A DNA stretch of 50,343 nucleotides from Escherichia phage vB_Eco_mar001J1. The stretch lies in sequence record NC_048204.1. One strand, written 5' to 3'. Of the stretch, positions 19,078 to 28,206 are shown piece by piece. A program made the position numbers and the translations under genes. The notes under the pieces were generated by a model. It made no database searches. It was not told where the DNA came from and saw only the letters and a program-made list of their open reading frames with translations. The first letter of the stretch is position 1. The number at the start of each line of letters is the position of its first letter.

Positions 19078-19554
19078 CTACTTTCCGTGGTTTATGTGGA
19101 ATTTGTTTAAAACTTCAATCTCTATCCTCTTTTCTGCCGCATCCTGAAATGAATCAAAGTAAAATTCATGCCTAACACCATCAATCTTTGCTCTTGCAAT
19201 CCATTTTCCGCGACTAAAGTTTACCCCAGTAATTCCCGTCTTGCTGTTCCTGTAAAGCGACTTATTCTTGTTGTTAACACTCATTCTAACAAGTCTTAAG
19301 TTTGAAATATTGTCGTTCATTGTGTTGTGATCTATGTGATCAACTTGCATTCCATGCGGTATTTCTCCATTATGAATTTCCCAAACTATCCTGCTCCTGT
19401 AGTATCTTTCTACATCAATTGATATTCTAACCCTTTCTCCACTCTTCTTGCTTTTGCTTACGCTTCCTGCCTCACTTCCTTTCTTTATCCTTCTTCCTAC
19501 GTCTACAGCCCAAAATAACTTACCGTCATTATAATAAAAAATATCACGCCACAT
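19078..19554 (-). CDS. HNH-AP2 homing endonuclease inserted between tail genes I and J
   Basis: HNH motif MQVDHIDHNTMNDNISNLR; AP2-like TGITGV..W; start at MWRDIFYY with AAGGA RBS. Confidence 0.75.
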   Translation of the reverse strand: MWRDIFYYNDGKLFWAVDVGRRIKKGSEAGSVSKSKKSGERVRISIDVERYYRSRIVWEIHNGEIPHGMQVDHIDHNTMNDNISNLRLVRMSVNNKNKSLYRNSKTGITGVNFSRGKWIARAKIDGVRHEFYFDSFQDAAEKRIEIEVLNKFHINHGK

Positions 19555-19571
19555 GATCACATCCTTAATTA

Positions 19572-19615
19572 ATTGTAAAGCGAAAATCCGTTTTCGCTTT
19601 AACATATTGTGCTAT
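19572..19615 (-). promoter_or_regulatory. Cassette promoter variant (AAATAGCACAATATGTTAAAG, TACAAT)
   Basis: 22 bp between ATGTTA and TACAAT; overlaps stop of tail gene I. Confidence 0.45.
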
Positions 19616-20212
19616 TTATGCTTTGTCCTCTGCGTAGCTGCCAGCCGACCAGATCGCTCCGCCTACTGTCCTATATCCATATGGCAAAGGAACCGGATAA
19701 CCTGCCGCCGTGGTATTTACTGCGCCGCCGAAAGCGTAAGAAGGCTTGTTTTCTGCTGATTGGCTTTGTAGTTTCATTCCGCCATGCTGCGGCGAGATCA
19801 TTTGCATGACACCGCCAAGCGCGATAGCACCACCCATCATAAATGCGGAAGATGCAAAAGCGCCCATAGCCGCCAGGCTTGCACCGCCAGTAATGAACGC
19901 AGTAGCCATAATTACAGCACCAAAAACAACATTGAACAGGCCGCCGGACTTAGAACCAGTTGGAACAGGAACTATTCTAACCTCTCGCGCGCACTTCCAT
20001 GATTTTTCATCATGCTGACCAATGTTTTTACCGTCAACGAATATAGCATACTTCATGCGCGATCCTACTTCGCTTTGCATGTAGTCTTTGAACCCTTCAA
20101 CCTGGGAAGACAACGCGCGTATTGCTTCTGGGTATGAGTCAACCGCCATTTTGTGAAAGACGCCAAATCTACGCCCCAGGGAACCAGATAGCTTAATTAC
20201 TTTCAATGTCAT
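19616..20212 (-). CDS. Tail assembly protein I-like
   Basis: Gly/Ala-rich C-terminal hydrophobic region; lambda order K-I-J. Confidence 0.7.
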   Translation of the reverse strand: MTLKVIKLSGSLGRRFGVFHKMAVDSYPEAIRALSSQVEGFKDYMQSEVGSRMKYAIFVDGKNIGQHDEKSWKCAREVRIVPVPTGSKSGGLFNVVFGAVIMATAFITGGASLAAMGAFASSAFMMGGAIALGGVMQMISPQHGGMKLQSQSAENKPSYAFGGAVNTTAAGYPVPLPYGYRTVGGAIWSAGSYAEDKA

Positions 20213-20924
20213 ATTTCAGATCCTTATGTCGGCAAATTTTTACAGTGTGCTCCTGATACCATCCAGAATACAAGTCAATGCGAGATAGCTTTCCAAACGC
20301 ATGATGTAATAGCTGATTGTTACCCAAATAAATCCCCGCATGATTCCAGACTGGCGATGATAGCTGCATAATCACCATATCACCAGGTTTTGGAGGCTCG
20401 TTAGTTTCAACAAATCCCTCTTTCAAATAATTATCCTGGTAAAGATTTTCACCATATTCTGACTTCCACCACTCGTAAGGCTTTCGGAAGTCATTCAATA
20501 CTACTCCGTGCTGTTTATGCCACGCCATGATAAGACCCCAGCAATCGAACGACCCCAGCGACCACGGGCGACCGATAAGCGGCCTCTCCTGCGGCTCGAC
20601 AATTCTCATATCACCTTCGGGCCATGAAACTATAATCCACGATACACCCATTTCATCGCACATACATGAGTCGTGCGCGCTCGGTATCGTACTAGCACCA
20701 TCCCCGCAATGGGAATGCACCACAGCGATTAATTCGCCTTTGTCGAGCGATTCAGCGTATTCTACGGCGTCCATTTCAAAATGATTTTCTGGATCGTCAT
20801 GCACGTTGGTTATGCGGTGATATTTCTGTACCCGTGACTTTTGAGTTATGACGCCGCAAGCCTCTTTAGGGTATTCCTCTTTAACGTGCTGCATTATTTC
20901 AAGTTTAATTTTTGCACTAATCAT
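20193..20924 (-). CDS. Tail protein K-like (JAB/MPN metalloprotease plus NlpC/P60 domain)
   Basis: EACG...HSHCGDGASTIPSAHD JAMM motif; start at MISAKIKL with GGAGG RBS. Confidence 0.8.
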   Translation of the reverse strand: MISAKIKLEIMQHVKEEYPKEACGVITQKSRVQKYHRITNVHDDPENHFEMDAVEYAESLDKGELIAVVHSHCGDGASTIPSAHDSCMCDEMGVSWIIVSWPEGDMRIVEPQERPLIGRPWSLGSFDCWGLIMAWHKQHGVVLNDFRKPYEWWKSEYGENLYQDNYLKEGFVETNEPPKPGDMVIMQLSSPVWNHAGIYLGNNQLLHHAFGKLSRIDLYSGWYQEHTVKICRHKDLKYDIESN

Positions 20925-21685
20925 TATTGATTCCTCCGTAGCAGTGACGCCACCGCGCAACCGCCGAAATCCAACTCGTTTTGCTGACCGAATCTCAATT
21001 TGCAAGCCGTTACAGTTCCTGCGCAATAGTCTTGCGATGGATCTGTTACTGGCTTATTGTCTTTATCGAACATTGCCGATCCGTTATAAGAGCAACCCTT
21101 TCCGCTCCTGTACCACCCCCTTTGCGCCCAATAGCAAACGCTTTGAGTGATGCGCGGCGGGATCATCAGTCCATCCATATCGTAAGGCGACGTCAGATCA
21201 AATTTCGCCACCTCTCTATTATACTGGCTTGGGCGCTCAATGTAATAAACCAATTTTCTGTAAGCGCCATCTTTGATTGCCCCGCCTTCTCCGATAAATT
21301 CCTTTGCCGTGATCCAGAAAGTCACCTTTGCTTGCATCATGCCATTGTAATTTCTGATCATGGCGCTAACCCTGCTGTCAAGGTTTGACACTATAAGCTG
21401 AGGCTTATCTGCCCTGCCGTTACTTGTGAAGTTAATCCCGCTCACACCGAAAGGCCGCGCTCCGTAAACCTCACCCTGGAAAATAATATCTTTCGGCGGC
21501 AAGATTCCAGTTTGCTGCGCTTGCATTAATTCTTCGGCAGTATAAGAGATGTTTTCATTGTGAAATCGGTAAATATTTGCTCCGAACTTCGTCCCGTCAA
21601 TCTCTACAAGCGTTATAATTTCGCCTGGGTACAAACTTTGTAGGCAGTTCTCAAACTCAACTCTACCTGATTCTTTATTAGCCAT
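20924..21685 (-). CDS. Minor tail protein L-like
   Basis: Synteny and C-terminal cysteine cluster as in lambda gpL; AGGAGG RBS. Confidence 0.75.
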   Translation of the reverse strand: MANKESGRVEFENCLQSLYPGEIITLVEIDGTKFGANIYRFHNENISYTAEELMQAQQTGILPPKDIIFQGEVYGARPFGVSGINFTSNGRADKPQLIVSNLDSRVSAMIRNYNGMMQAKVTFWITAKEFIGEGGAIKDGAYRKLVYYIERPSQYNREVAKFDLTSPYDMDGLMIPPRITQSVCYWAQRGWYRSGKGCSYNGSAMFDKDNKPVTDPSQDYCAGTVTACKLRFGQQNELDFGGCAVASLLRRNQ

Positions 21686-21714
21686 TTTCTACCTCCTTTT
21701 TGCTCATTGTAACA

Positions 21715-21742
21715 TCAATAAAAAAGCCGCACAAAGGCGGCT
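21715..21742 (-). terminator. Intra-operon terminator/attenuator between M and L
   Basis: AGCCGC...GCGGCT stem followed by TTTTTATT. Confidence 0.6.
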
Positions 21743-21747
21743 TTAAA

Positions 21748-22098
21748 TTACTGCATTGATGTAAATTGCTCCGTAAAAGTGGCTTTTACTTCCTGAACGG
21801 TTGGCGACAATGGGGTAAGCCCGACGCTACCGCTTTTAACCCTAAACAATCCAGGGCTTCCATCTGGCATGATCCACAAGAAAGGTTTTAGCCTGTGCTC
21901 ATTCAGGAACTTGACAACATCTCTGTAATCAAGCCCAGCGTAAACAATGCTAAACTCTCGCCGGATTGTGTTAAAACCTCCAGATGCTACCTGTGTGTAT
22001 CCGTTACCGAATGCAATCTCTCGATCGTTATTCGATGACGTCATGGCCCCGCCGCCATTCTGAACCTGCGTACACCACTTAAACTGATCCAGCTTCAT
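21748..22098 (-). CDS. Minor tail protein M-like
   Basis: Size and position after tape measure gene; GAGGT RBS; start overlaps tape measure stop. Confidence 0.65.
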   Translation of the reverse strand: MKLDQFKWCTQVQNGGGAMTSSNNDREIAFGNGYTQVASGGFNTIRREFSIVYAGLDYRDVVKFLNEHRLKPFLWIMPDGSPGLFRVKSGSVGLTPLSPTVQEVKATFTEQFTSMQ

Positions 22099-22100
22099 TA

Positions 22101-24782
22101 TCAACCTCGCTTGCTCATAACAAATTCGTAAACCTCCCCACCCTGCATACAGGAACGTTTAATCATATCAGTAAAGATCATCTTAACGCCAGTTTCGATG
22201 CCCTTCGGATCGTTGCCGTTAGTGATGCTAACATCAATCCCGCCGATGTTAAATTGAGGTGCTCCACCAGTTACAGCGCCACCGCCAGTATAGCCGGAAC
22301 TACCAACAACGCCGCCGTTAGCATAGCCTCGCATCATGCGGTACAAGTTGCCTACCCCGATACGCTGCGTCGCCTCCTTCGTCATGACAAATTCACCTTT
22401 ATGGACAATTCCGGCTGGCTCATACTTCCCGCCGTCGCCAGTGTATCCACCGCCAGCAAATCCGCCAATGTTCTTAAGCAAGCTCCCCATCGTCCAGGTT
22501 TGACCACCCATCAGGCCAGATAACGCATTAAAGACAACCATTTTCGTGATCATCTGAATAATCATTTTGATGATAGCCGTCGAGAAGTCTTTAAAGTTTG
22601 CCTTGCCAGTAGCGATAAAATTCGCTAATTGGTTTGTAAGGCCGTTTAACGCCTCGCTTGCGATCTGCTGAACATTGCCATAGGCATTGTTTGCATCTTC
22701 CGCGAATAGCTCCCATGCGTTTTTTGCTCCTGCCAACCAGTTGCCTTGAACCTCATCCTGTGTCTGATAATACTGCTTAAGTTTCGCCTCCATTTGCTGA
22801 AAAACTTCATCGCTAACGCTTCCTCCTTGCGCCTCGTAGTCGGTGCGCAGCTTGCGTAACTCTAGCTCACGCTCGATCTGCTTTTCAGTGTAGCCAAGTT
22901 GCTTAAGGCCAAGCACATCAATAGCCGCCTGCGTTTCACGGATAAACTTAATGCTATCTTGCTCCAGCTTGTTTTTGCGCTCCTGCAAAACAATCTGATC
23001 CCCTAATTCAGCCTTTTGCCTTGCCATTTCCAAAACGGATTTTTGCTCATTTAGTAGCGCCTGTTCCGCTCCGGTCAATTTACGCTTGCTCTGCGCATCC
23101 TCCAGGATCTCGATCTGCTTTTCGATGCTCCATAAAGATTTACGCTGGCGAGAAATAACATCATTAACAGTGCGATGCTCTTTAAGCGTTTCCAGTTGCG
23201 CTTTTAAAACGTACAACTCTTTATCAAGCTGCTCAGTCGGGCCGCGAACTATTCCGCCTTTAGCCTCTTTCTTTTTCTGCTCCTGCTTCTTGATCTCCTC
23301 AAGCTCTTTGCGTCTGAACTCCACGTTTTCAGCCGCACGCTTTTTCAGTTCTTCATCAGCCGAACGCGCCACGCCCTTCTGATCTTCAATGGCTTTGTTT
23401 AAAGCCTCCTGTGCTGCTCTCACTCTGTTCAAGGCCAGGTTTTCTTTGTCGATGCGCTCCGCTCGTTCAGCCATGTCCTTATTAGCATCTTTTACGACCT
23501 TTCCAATGTCTTCATAAGTGTTAAGTGCAAACTTAAGCATAGGATTAACATAGCCAAGCTCTTTACCTAACAGGCCGCCGGACGGGGAAGCGTAATCACG
23601 CTTCGCTTTCAAAACTTCATACCACGACTCGCCCAACTCAAGGATTTTATTTTTGTGGTTTGCAATGTCGTTATTCAGGCCAACAAAGCTAGATGCGCCT
23701 TTGTACTCGTTGACTTTCTTTTTTGCGTCATCATAAGTCATGCCAACGTCAACCAGTTTTTTAATCGCCTCGCTCGCGCCGTCTTTCGTGGTGATGTAAG
23801 CCTTTGCCAGATCTTCGGCGCTTTCGCCTGTCTTGTCGGAAAGCTCCTGGATTCCGGTAGCAATCTTTTCGGCAAAATCACCAGTCAAGCCAGTTGTTTC
23901 CTGAATGGTTTTTTTAATTGCCTCAAACTCTGTCTGTGTTTTGTAGGCATTATATGCAGCAATTGCCAGCGTGCCGGAAAGCAAGCCAAACGCAACGTTT
24001 ACCGGATTAAGGAAAGATAGCAACGCTTTTAAAGCATTGGATGCGCCACCAAAAGAATCCTTAATCTGTCCGCCCTGCTGGATTGCAACCAGCCAAACAG
24101 GCATACCAGAAGCAAGTGAAGTCACCACGTCTGTGATCTGCATTGGCAATAGCTTCATTGCTTGATTGTATTGGCCTGTAGAAATCCCAAGTTTTTGGAT
24201 CTGCTTTTCCTGCTCTTTCAGTCTTGCGATGTAAGGTGCTGCCTCCTGGCTAACTCCAAGCTGTGCCGCTTTCATTTCCAGCAATTCAGACTTGCTTTTT
24301 CCGGCTGCTTCTTCCTGCTCACGCAAAGCCTGGATGAATTTTTTAGCCTCTTCCGCTGCACGCGCTTTGTTCTTTGATTCCTCAAGCGCCGCGCGGCCTT
24401 CCTCTGTCATCGCTTTTTTGGTTGCGATCAGCTTGTTTTGCTGTGTCTCAAGAATTGCCCCAAGCTCAAAAAAAGTCTCATCAGGAACAATGCCCTTTTT
24501 CCATAGCGCATCAAGCTGTGTCGCTGCCTTTCGCAGCTTATCCATCTTTGATGCGGTGGGATCAATTGACTCCTGGATTTTCTTAAATTCTGCTTTCTGG
24601 CGCGCCAATTCTTCGGCAAACTGTTTAGCTTGCTGTCGCGCCACAACCTCAGAATCAACAAATTCATTAACGCTTTTTTTTGCGTCGTCGTTTGCCTTCT
24701 TGAATTGCTGCAATGATTTAACAGCATTATTGACCTGCGACACGTCAACGCCTAGCGTTAGGCCAGCGTATTTCTCAGCCAT
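22101..24782 (-). CDS. Tail tape measure protein
   Basis: 893 aa, extended coiled-coil (Ala/Glu/Lys/Gln-rich), Gly-rich C-terminal segment; GGAGG RBS. Confidence 0.85.
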   Translation of the reverse strand: MAEKYAGLTLGVDVSQVNNAVKSLQQFKKANDDAKKSVNEFVDSEVVARQQAKQFAEELARQKAEFKKIQESIDPTASKMDKLRKAATQLDALWKKGIVPDETFFELGAILETQQNKLIATKKAMTEEGRAALEESKNKARAAEEAKKFIQALREQEEAAGKSKSELLEMKAAQLGVSQEAAPYIARLKEQEKQIQKLGISTGQYNQAMKLLPMQITDVVTSLASGMPVWLVAIQQGGQIKDSFGGASNALKALLSFLNPVNVAFGLLSGTLAIAAYNAYKTQTEFEAIKKTIQETTGLTGDFAEKIATGIQELSDKTGESAEDLAKAYITTKDGASEAIKKLVDVGMTYDDAKKKVNEYKGASSFVGLNNDIANHKNKILELGESWYEVLKAKRDYASPSGGLLGKELGYVNPMLKFALNTYEDIGKVVKDANKDMAERAERIDKENLALNRVRAAQEALNKAIEDQKGVARSADEELKKRAAENVEFRRKELEEIKKQEQKKKEAKGGIVRGPTEQLDKELYVLKAQLETLKEHRTVNDVISRQRKSLWSIEKQIEILEDAQSKRKLTGAEQALLNEQKSVLEMARQKAELGDQIVLQERKNKLEQDSIKFIRETQAAIDVLGLKQLGYTEKQIERELELRKLRTDYEAQGGSVSDEVFQQMEAKLKQYYQTQDEVQGNWLAGAKNAWELFAEDANNAYGNVQQIASEALNGLTNQLANFIATGKANFKDFSTAIIKMIIQMITKMVVFNALSGLMGGQTWTMGSLLKNIGGFAGGGYTGDGGKYEPAGIVHKGEFVMTKEATQRIGVGNLYRMMRGYANGGVVGSSGYTGGGAVTGGAPQFNIGGIDVSITNGNDPKGIETGVKMIFTDMIKRSCMQGGEVYEFVMSKRG

Positions 24783-24799
24783 TTTAAAACCTCCAGATA

Positions 24800-24822
24800 T
24801 TAAAAAAGCGCCTTTCGGCGCT
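24800..24822 (-). terminator. Stem-loop terminator/attenuator directly upstream of tape measure RBS
   Basis: AGCGCC tttc GGCGCT followed by TTTTTT. Confidence 0.6.
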
Positions 24823-25456
24823 TATGTTTTGTTTGAATGAATCATTTCTAGCGCCTTTTGTTCCATGATGCGCAAATCATTTAGCGCCATCTCCCGATCC
24901 TCAATCTTGTAAATGTCAAAAAGCATAGGCAAAACGTTATAGTCGAACCCATACACGCTGCCGCTAGTCGATCTCCATTGCGTCTGCATAGCGCAAAACA
25001 GATCCCAAGATTGAAACATTGATTCATCAAAAATTACCTCCGGCGGATCCTCCCCTTCGTAGTCTGAACGGGATAGGCCGACGGCCTCTAATTGTGCGTC
25101 AGTTGGCGGCTTGAGGTAAAACAGGTAAACCGCCCGCTTTAGTTTTTTACCCGCTGCCCCGCAAGTGCTTTCATATAATGACCAGTCAGCGATAATGACG
25201 CAGAAGGGTAATAATCCAGCAATTTAGCAACGTTTTCCTCGTTAAATTCATCTTCCAGATCCCAACCGGAAGCAAGGAAGGTGATCATTTCTACGTCGCT
25301 CATCGGCTTTTCTGCCGTGTATCGTTCGTGAATCTCGCTTGCCTTCTTGTGGCGCACGGTAAAAACAATAACTTGCTCATCACCATTTGGAAGCACAAAA
25401 GAAACAGGTAGCTTAAAATCAGGCAGTGGGCCTAACGTTAGTTTCATCTTTGCCAT
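24822..25456 (-). CDS. Tail assembly chaperone GT fusion made by -1 ribosomal frameshift
   Basis: Downstream -1 frame is open from the slippery site to 24822; standard G/GT arrangement before the tape measure gene. Confidence 0.6.
25139..25456 (-). CDS. Tail assembly chaperone G
   Basis: 105 aa, acidic; AAGGAG RBS; ends at the slippery site. Confidence 0.7.
   Translation of the reverse strand: MAKMKLTLGPLPDFKLPVSFVLPNGDEQVIVFTVRHKKASEIHERYTAEKPMSDVEMITFLASGWDLEDEFNEENVAKLLDYYPSASLSLTGHYMKALAGQRVKN
25142..25148 (-). other. Programmed -1 frameshift slippery heptamer A AAA AAC
   Basis: Heptamer sits immediately before the G stop codon. Confidence 0.6.
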
Positions 25457-25470
25457 CTCAAGATCTCCTT

Positions 25471-25490
25471 ATAGCACTTTTTGTTAAAAG
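25471..25490 (+). repeat. Inverted cassette 20-mer immediately 5' of the chaperone G RBS
   Basis: ATAGCACTTTTTGTTAAAAG reads on plus strand while flanking genes are on minus; TAGATT lies 22 bp downstream on plus. Confidence 0.5.
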
Positions 25491-25532
25491 TGGAATTGAT
25501 TTATTTGATAGATTGATTTTACAGGAATGAAA

Positions 25533-25557
25533 AAAGGGGCGCAACGCCCCTTGTTTT
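25533..25557. terminator. Bidirectional stem-loop after the tail tube gene
   Basis: GGGGCGC a ACGCCCC flanked by A-run and T-run. Confidence 0.65.
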
Positions 25558-26218
25558 AATTGATGTCGGAAGATAAGAACGTAAATCGACCTTTCAGAGA
25601 TACGGAAAGGGAAACAGTTTCCATTTCGTTCATAGTGGTTTGCGGAATGTCATTAAAAGACAATACGCCAGCCCAGCAACGCATCTCTTTAGCTTTCGGC
25701 ACGTACATACGCAAAGCGGTTACGTCGCCGGATTCCTCAGCCTCGCGCAAGATCGGATAAATCGGATTATCATATTCATGTGCGAAAGTATAGGTAAGAG
25801 AAACGGCGCTCTTGTAGGTCGGCAACTGCTGCTCCTGGTCATCAGCCAAACACTGATAAGTGTAATACTGTTGCTCGCCGCCGTCCTGCGCAAGATCCTG
25901 TACGCAAGGAATCTCTACCCATGATTTTACTTCTCGGAAGGTTGCTGTATTTTCGCCAACAGGAAACACGTTAGTATCAGTAGTATCAACCCCTTCAAGG
26001 GTAACATTTTCATTATCGGTAACAGCCTTAACGCGCAACACACGGCTAACCAACTTACCCCACGAAGACGTCTCAATCAGAACATAAGCGCCCTTCTTGA
26101 TATTTTTTGTGTCGCTCGCTGTAAATACAGGCTCCTTAGCGTTAGTGATAGCCGTAGCCTGAATCGGATCGCCCATATTAACGCCGATGAAAATTTGAGA
26201 ACCATTAGGCAAGTGCAT
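25556..26218 (-). CDS. Major tail (tube) protein
   Basis: Position immediately upstream of G/GT; 220 aa. Confidence 0.6.
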   Translation of the reverse strand: MHLPNGSQIFIGVNMGDPIQATAITNAKEPVFTASDTKNIKKGAYVLIETSSWGKLVSRVLRVKAVTDNENVTLEGVDTTDTNVFPVGENTATFREVKSWVEIPCVQDLAQDGGEQQYYTYQCLADDQEQQLPTYKSAVSLTYTFAHEYDNPIYPILREAEESGDVTALRMYVPKAKEMRCWAGVLSFNDIPQTTMNEMETVSLSVSLKGRFTFLSSDIN

Positions 26219-26220
26219 GA

Positions 26221-26622
26221 TTATTCCTCCTTTGTATCAAGCCTAACACTGAAACGGATCGGCAATAACCAACCTGTTTCACTTTTTAGTAACGTGTGGA
26301 CGTTTGCCCCCTCGCTAATATAGCCAGTTTCAAGCATTCTACCATCATAGAAAAATCTCGCAATCTCTTTAGCCAGCAAACGCGCTTTATCAGTGCCACC
26401 GCCAGGAGGAATGACAATTCCAACCTGAACCAAACCGATATAAGAAACACATTTTCTATCAAGAGATATGCGATCCGTGTCTGCTTCCATGTAGTTAAAT
26501 TTTAACCACATAGAACCATCTCCAGGCGGCACAAAATCAACGTTTTCATAGGCTATCTTAAATCGTGATTCATATTCAGCCGCCAGCGCCTTTCTTGCCG
26601 CCAACATTAAATCATAGTGCAT
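26221..26622 (-). CDS. Putative tail terminator/completion protein
   Basis: Synteny only. Confidence 0.4.
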   Translation of the reverse strand: MHYDLMLAARKALAAEYESRFKIAYENVDFVPPGDGSMWLKFNYMEADTDRISLDRKCVSYIGLVQVGIVIPPGGGTDKARLLAKEIARFFYDGRMLETGYISEGANVHTLLKSETGWLLPIRFSVRLDTKEE

Positions 26623-27064
26623 TTTTTGCCCTCGAATCCTTTATTGCCTTAGCCATATAAGATCGCAGCTTTACCGCCACGATTCCAAGTACGCCGGACG
26701 GCGCTTGTTTTGAATGCCCGTATTCAAGCGCGTTGGCGTAAATGAGCATGTTTGAAAAATAGATTGACCGCACCGCGCCACCGCCACGCATGATTGCATA
26801 TATTGCTCGCTTACCTTCTGCAATGGTTTTACCACCATCGCGATCGTATTGGTTGAGCGCATATAGCGGCGGCTTGTTTGCTGTTATCTGCCAGTTTGCT
26901 TTATATCGGCCCGTATCAACTGGCGAGCGATTTACAAGATCCTCGTGGACGTTTGTCGCGAACATTTCAACGCAATCAACAAGGCCGCTGCTTACTGAAT
27001 CAATCCACCTGCTTATATCACCGTGAAATTCCCTGATCTTATAATTATCAGCCATGCACAGCAA
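26612..27064 (-). CDS. Putative neck protein (HK97 gp10-like)
   Basis: YANALEYGHS segment and synteny. Confidence 0.4.
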   Translation of the reverse strand: MLCMADNYKIREFHGDISRWIDSVSSGLVDCVEMFATNVHEDLVNRSPVDTGRYKANWQITANKPPLYALNQYDRDGGKTIAEGKRAIYAIMRGGGAVRSIYFSNMLIYANALEYGHSKQAPSGVLGIVAVKLRSYMAKAIKDSRAKNAL

Positions 27065-27428
27065 TCCTCCTTAATATCGGACGATAAGCCGCCGTGATGT
27101 TAGTCTGCCTGACTGGCCTTGCTTCAACGACAACATAACGTTCGCCATCAATTTCAATCTGATAACCATTTTTGATCTCAGTTTCATTAGTGAATATCCC
27201 CAGCTTGTCGGTTACTCGGATTGTTTCACCGTCAACCTCTCTAGTCTTCGGAGATCTAACAAGCCCCTTTATCATCACTGAAATCTCCGGCTTGGTAACT
27301 TCCTCTCCGCCGATAATCTCAACCCCTCCCTGCTGCGTGATGCACTTAAACATACCGTTAGCGTCGCTGAAAAAGTTAATCCCAGCCGTAGCCATTCTTG
27401 CAATCTCATTGTAGTTCATCGGCAGCAT
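27048..27428 (-). CDS. Putative head closure protein
   Basis: Synteny and size. Confidence 0.4.
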   Translation of the reverse strand: MLPMNYNEIARMATAGINFFSDANGMFKCITQQGGVEIIGGEEVTKPEISVMIKGLVRSPKTREVDGETIRVTDKLGIFTNETEIKNGYQIEIDGERYVVVEARPVRQTNITAAYRPILRRIAVHG

Positions 27429-27835
27429 CTCCGGCGCAATCCAGTCACAAGGCCAAAGCCGCCACCGTGCTTACGGTTTAACACTTCGTACATTTTGCCC
27501 CACGGCGTTTGTCGGATCTGCTTTCCGCTTGTATCGGAAGAAATTCGATCAAACGTCTGACTAAACTCACCAGTCAGAGTGAACGAGGCAACGCGGCGGG
27601 AGTAGTTTTCTACGCTTTCACCTTCCTGTTTCATTGCCCCGTCTAAGGTCATAAGGTGAAGAGTGTAAAGCGCAACCGCTTTCGGGTATGAGTTTTTAAA
27701 CCGCTTTTTGCAAACAAACTCTTTAGCAAGCTCAATCCATGCCACAATTAAATCGGGATCAACTTGTTGCATTGGCGGCGCTAACTTTACGATTTGCTGA
27801 ACGATTTCAGCGTCTGTGTAAAATTCATCTACCAT
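27416..27835 (-). CDS. Putative head-tail connector protein
   Basis: Synteny; preceded by stem-loop 27859-27876. Confidence 0.4.
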   Translation of the reverse strand: MVDEFYTDAEIVQQIVKLAPPMQQVDPDLIVAWIELAKEFVCKKRFKNSYPKAVALYTLHLMTLDGAMKQEGESVENYSRRVASFTLTGEFSQTFDRISSDTSGKQIRQTPWGKMYEVLNRKHGGGFGLVTGLRRRCCR

Positions 27836-27881
27836 TTTGTTTTCTCCAGATGCGACAAGGGGCGCATAAGCGCCCCAATTA

Positions 27882-28148
27882 TTAATATTCGCCGCCGTCC
27901 TCTAGCTCTTTGCGGCTCTTACCCTCGGTAGGATCTTTTTTGCGCTTCTTCTCCGCTTTCGCCTTGATTTGCTCGTTAATTTCGGAATTGTCTTTAACTT
28001 CCACATCACCGCGAGCGATCAGGTATTCAACTGCGGAATCATTAATGCGATCGGATTCAATTTCAATTTCATCACCAGGATGATAACGCTTACCGTCCAT
28101 AATAATCATGCAAACGCCAGTTACTTTAAGTTTTAAAGTTTTGCTCAT
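27882..28148 (-). CDS. Hypothetical protein (88 aa) downstream of capsid gene
   Basis: Track ORF with Lys/Glu-rich C-terminus. Confidence 0.45.
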   Translation of the reverse strand: MSKTLKLKVTGVCMIIMDGKRYHPGDEIEIESDRINDSAVEYLIARGDVEVKDNSEINEQIKAKAEKKRKKDPTEGKSRKELEDGGEY

Positions 28149-28160
28149 TTTGTGTACTCC

Positions 28161-28195
28161 ATAAATAAAAAAAAGGGGAACCCTTAAGGCTCCCC
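28161..28195 (-). terminator. Strong terminator directly after the major capsid gene
   Basis: GGGGAGCC ttaa GGGTTCCCC followed by an 8-nt T-run. Confidence 0.65.
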
Positions 28196-28206
28196 ATGTT
28201 ATCTAA

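Noticed and set aside
22254-24840. Numerous plus-strand ORFs (60-180 aa) inside the tape measure gene region
   Set aside because: Shadow ORFs antisense to a long, well-supported coding region, with Ser/Cys/Phe-rich low-complexity translations and no RBS.
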